Origin: Octopus bimaculoides
Taxonomy: Eukaryota
Assembly: GCF_001194135.2 (NCBI RefSeq)
Contig: NC_068990.1
Span: 28,794,263 to 28,848,151 of the forward strand
Length of the DNA stretch: 53,889 bases
Direction: 5' to 3'
Positions 51,311-53,889 of this stretch are shown one piece after another. How positions within the stretch are numbered: the stretch's first letter is position 1; each line of letters starts with the position of its first letter. Both the position numbers and the translations under genes were made by a program. The notes under the pieces were generated by a model. The model had not been told where the DNA came from. It made no database searches and was given only the letters and a program-made list of their open reading frames with translations.

Positions 51311-51689
51311 TTAATATCTGTATCTTGTAAATTTTTTAAAGTTTTTGTATTTATATCAAAATAAACGTTATTACTTTACCTTAATTGAAATGTTATTTGA
51401 TATCGTATTCGGTTCGTAAAACCTTTTGCGAAACAAATTCGTTTATGTGATCTAAGAAAATAAATTTGTGTCGTTCTAACTACTTCTGTAAAATTACTTC
51501 AAGAAAAGTAACTCTTTCCTAAAGAAGTCCGCTTATCTCCCTTGATAAGCTGTTCAAGTGGATAAGGAAATTTGGTAGAACCCGACTGGGTTGCGTTCCT
51601 GACATCTTTTCCATTTTTGATTGGCGATTTCACATCACTTATAAACCTTGTTATTATTTTCCTGGCCGTTATTTCTCTCGTAAATCTAA

Positions 51690-51830
51690 GGCTGTGCCCA
51701 TGTACCGATGGTCCCGGGTTCAGTCCCACTGTGTGGCATGTTGGACGAGTGTCTTCTGCTATGGCCTCAGGTCAGCCAAAGCCTTGTCAGTGGATTTGGT
51801 TGACGGAAACTAAAAGAAGCCTGTCGTATA
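51690..51830 (+). mobile_element. SINE A head, decayed
   Basis: GGGTTCAGTCCCACTGTGTGGC...GGAAACTAAAAGAAGCC. Another 5' stub lies at 52725-52776. Confidence 0.8.
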
Positions 51831-51894
51831 TACACATATGTATATAAGGCACGTGCCATCAGTAATCACTCAGGGTAGGCAGTTGGTGACCTTT

Positions 51895-52032
51895 ATGTAG
51901 TTAAACACATAAGGGTACACGTGTCTGTGGAGTGCTCAACCACTTGCATGTTAATTTCACGAGCAGGCTGTTCCGTTGATTGGATCAACTCGAACCCTCG
52001 ACGTCGTAATCGACGGAGTGCCAACAACAATA
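51895..52032 (+). mobile_element. SINE E 3' fragment
   Basis: AAGGGTACACGTGTCTGTGGAGTGCTC...GCCAACAACAA. Another 3' fragment lies at 18452-18540 on the minus strand. Confidence 0.9.
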
Positions 52033-52076
<44 letters not shown>

Positions 52077-52804
52077 CACACACACATATTATCTACTATA
52101 CATTTACATGTGTATTTTATATTTGTATGTCTGTCTGTGTGTATGCGTGTGTGCACGGGAATATTATGTATTATACATTTATGTAAGCATTATGTATTTA
52201 TGCATTATGCATTTGTCCGTCATGCATTTATGCATTACGTAATATACATCAATGTATTATGTATAATGCATTATGTATTTATCTATTGTCTCACTACATA
52301 CATTGATGTATTGTCTTCAGATTCCTAGTCGAATGTCCTCGCCATTTCTTTGAGTTGTTTAGCAGTTTACATCGTTTCATTGATGCTATTTATATGCTAA
52401 TTTCAAAAGCGAAATGATATTACGTGGGGAAAAATATTTATTACATACATTTGTAAAGCTAAAGGCAGCCAAAAGGTGTTAATGCTCAAACAATGGGGAA
52501 AAATAATTATTTTAAGCATGAGAAAATTACTTGGAGGATGATTTAAATTTAGGTGAGAGACTGTTTCATTGGACACATTCTGGGTTTTTACATCAGTCAC
52601 TGTGATAGCGTCGGCGTTTTACTATCATGAGAACCAACATTATTTCTTCTTTAAGTATAGGTTTAAAAGCTGGGTCAATGGAGAGAAGTTGGAACTATAT
52701 AGACACAGGCATGGCTATAGGTATAAGCGTGGCTGTGTGGTAAGAAGTTTGCTTCCCAACCACATGGTTCCAGGTTAGGGTGTTGGACTCATGACTGTAA
52801 GATT

Positions 52805-52975
52805 GTGGTTTTCGAAAGTCATGGGAGCTATGCTGTTTTCTGGCTTTGTAGGCATGCCCACATGTGTTAGACACATGGTGCTGAAAAAGGTGTTCAAGTG
52901 GTTGTTGACATGATGGTTAATAATTTTGTGGGTGTTTACTAAGTCAGTTGCCAGACGTCGGAGCTTCAATGTATG
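52805..52975 (-). pseudogene. CR1-clade LINE RT C-terminal remnant
   Basis: LRRLATDLVNTHKII and, after a frameshift, VSNTCGHAYKARKQHSSHDFRK (RR..DL..KII and TRGH..K motifs). Confidence 0.8.
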
Positions 52976-53064
52976 TGCTTATATAATGCAAATTTACATT
53001 TTTTATTAATCACTGACGTCATTTTATGTACCAGATCACATTTTGTTTCCCTACAATTGATACA

Positions 53065-53420
53065 ATGTTGTTGGCTCTCCGTCGCTTACGATCAATAAGA
53101 ACAGCCTGCACGTGAAATTAACGTGCAAGTGGCTGAGCACTCCACAGACACGTGTACCCTTGACATAGTTCTCGGGGATATTCAGCGTGATACAGTGTGA
53201 CAAGGCTGACCCTTTGAAATACAGGCACAACAGAAACAGGAAGTAACAGTGAGAGAAAGTTGTGGTGGAAGAGTACAGCAGGGTTCGCCACCATCCCCTG
53301 CCGGAGCCTCGTGGAGCTTTAGGTGTTTTCGCTCAATAAACACTCATAACGCCCGGTCTGGGAATCGAAACTGTGATCCTATGACCGCGAGTCCGCTGCC
53401 CTAACCACTGCGCCTCCACT
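53065..53420 (-). mobile_element. SINE E, near full length
   Basis: Close reverse-complement match to 32002-32385, with a 7-nt deletion in the A-box region. Confidence 0.9.
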
Positions 53421-53889
53421 TGATACAATGTACGGGTCCACGAAAAAGAAAAACTAGCGAATAATATACCAGATTTTGAGAGCAACTTGTAAGGGAGGCA
53501 ACTGATGAATTTGCTTTAGCAGAGTTATCTTTCCATAATAATTCAGCTCTGCTATTGCTCTGAGCTGAAAGAGGGGAGGTAATAAAAATAATTTGAAGAG
53601 AGAGAGACTGGATGGGACTTCTTCGAAGACCTTCCGCTGTTCAACTCTCTTGAGAGTTTCTTTACGCTGCTGATTAATAAAATACATTTATTGCAGAAGG
53701 AAGTATATGTATGTTTATATCAGTGTTAGTATATGTGAGCGTTTTCCCTGCAGCTGTGAGGCCAGCTGCATAAATACTTTCTGAAAAACATTTTAGTAAA
53801 TATTTACATTGCAAGGAAAAAGTAGTAGAAGCTGTATGTATGTATTTTATAAATATATATGTATATGTATGTATATGTATATTTATATA

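Overview
AT-rich eukaryotic DNA packed with microsatellites and about 20 N-gaps. The repeat families point to a cephalopod, most likely Octopus (inference, no database check). No protein-coding gene could be identified with confidence; nearly all ORF-track entries are translated microsatellites or gap-spanning artefacts. Supported content: (1) several tRNA-headed or tail-defined SINE families, here called A, B, D, E and G; (2) decayed RTE and CR1 reverse-transcriptase fragments; (3) mariner transposase and MITE remnants; (4) a Helentron-associated (HINE-like) element in two copies; (5) local duplications. The most notable finds are three different minimal type I hammerhead-ribozyme motifs (694-737 minus, 10533-10579 minus, 27789-27836 plus) and one very decayed candidate. 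Each sits in a short Penelope-like terminal-repeat remnant. A few unique-sequence segments look like spliced exons but cannot be assembled into a named gene. Repeat boundaries are read by eye and are approximate.
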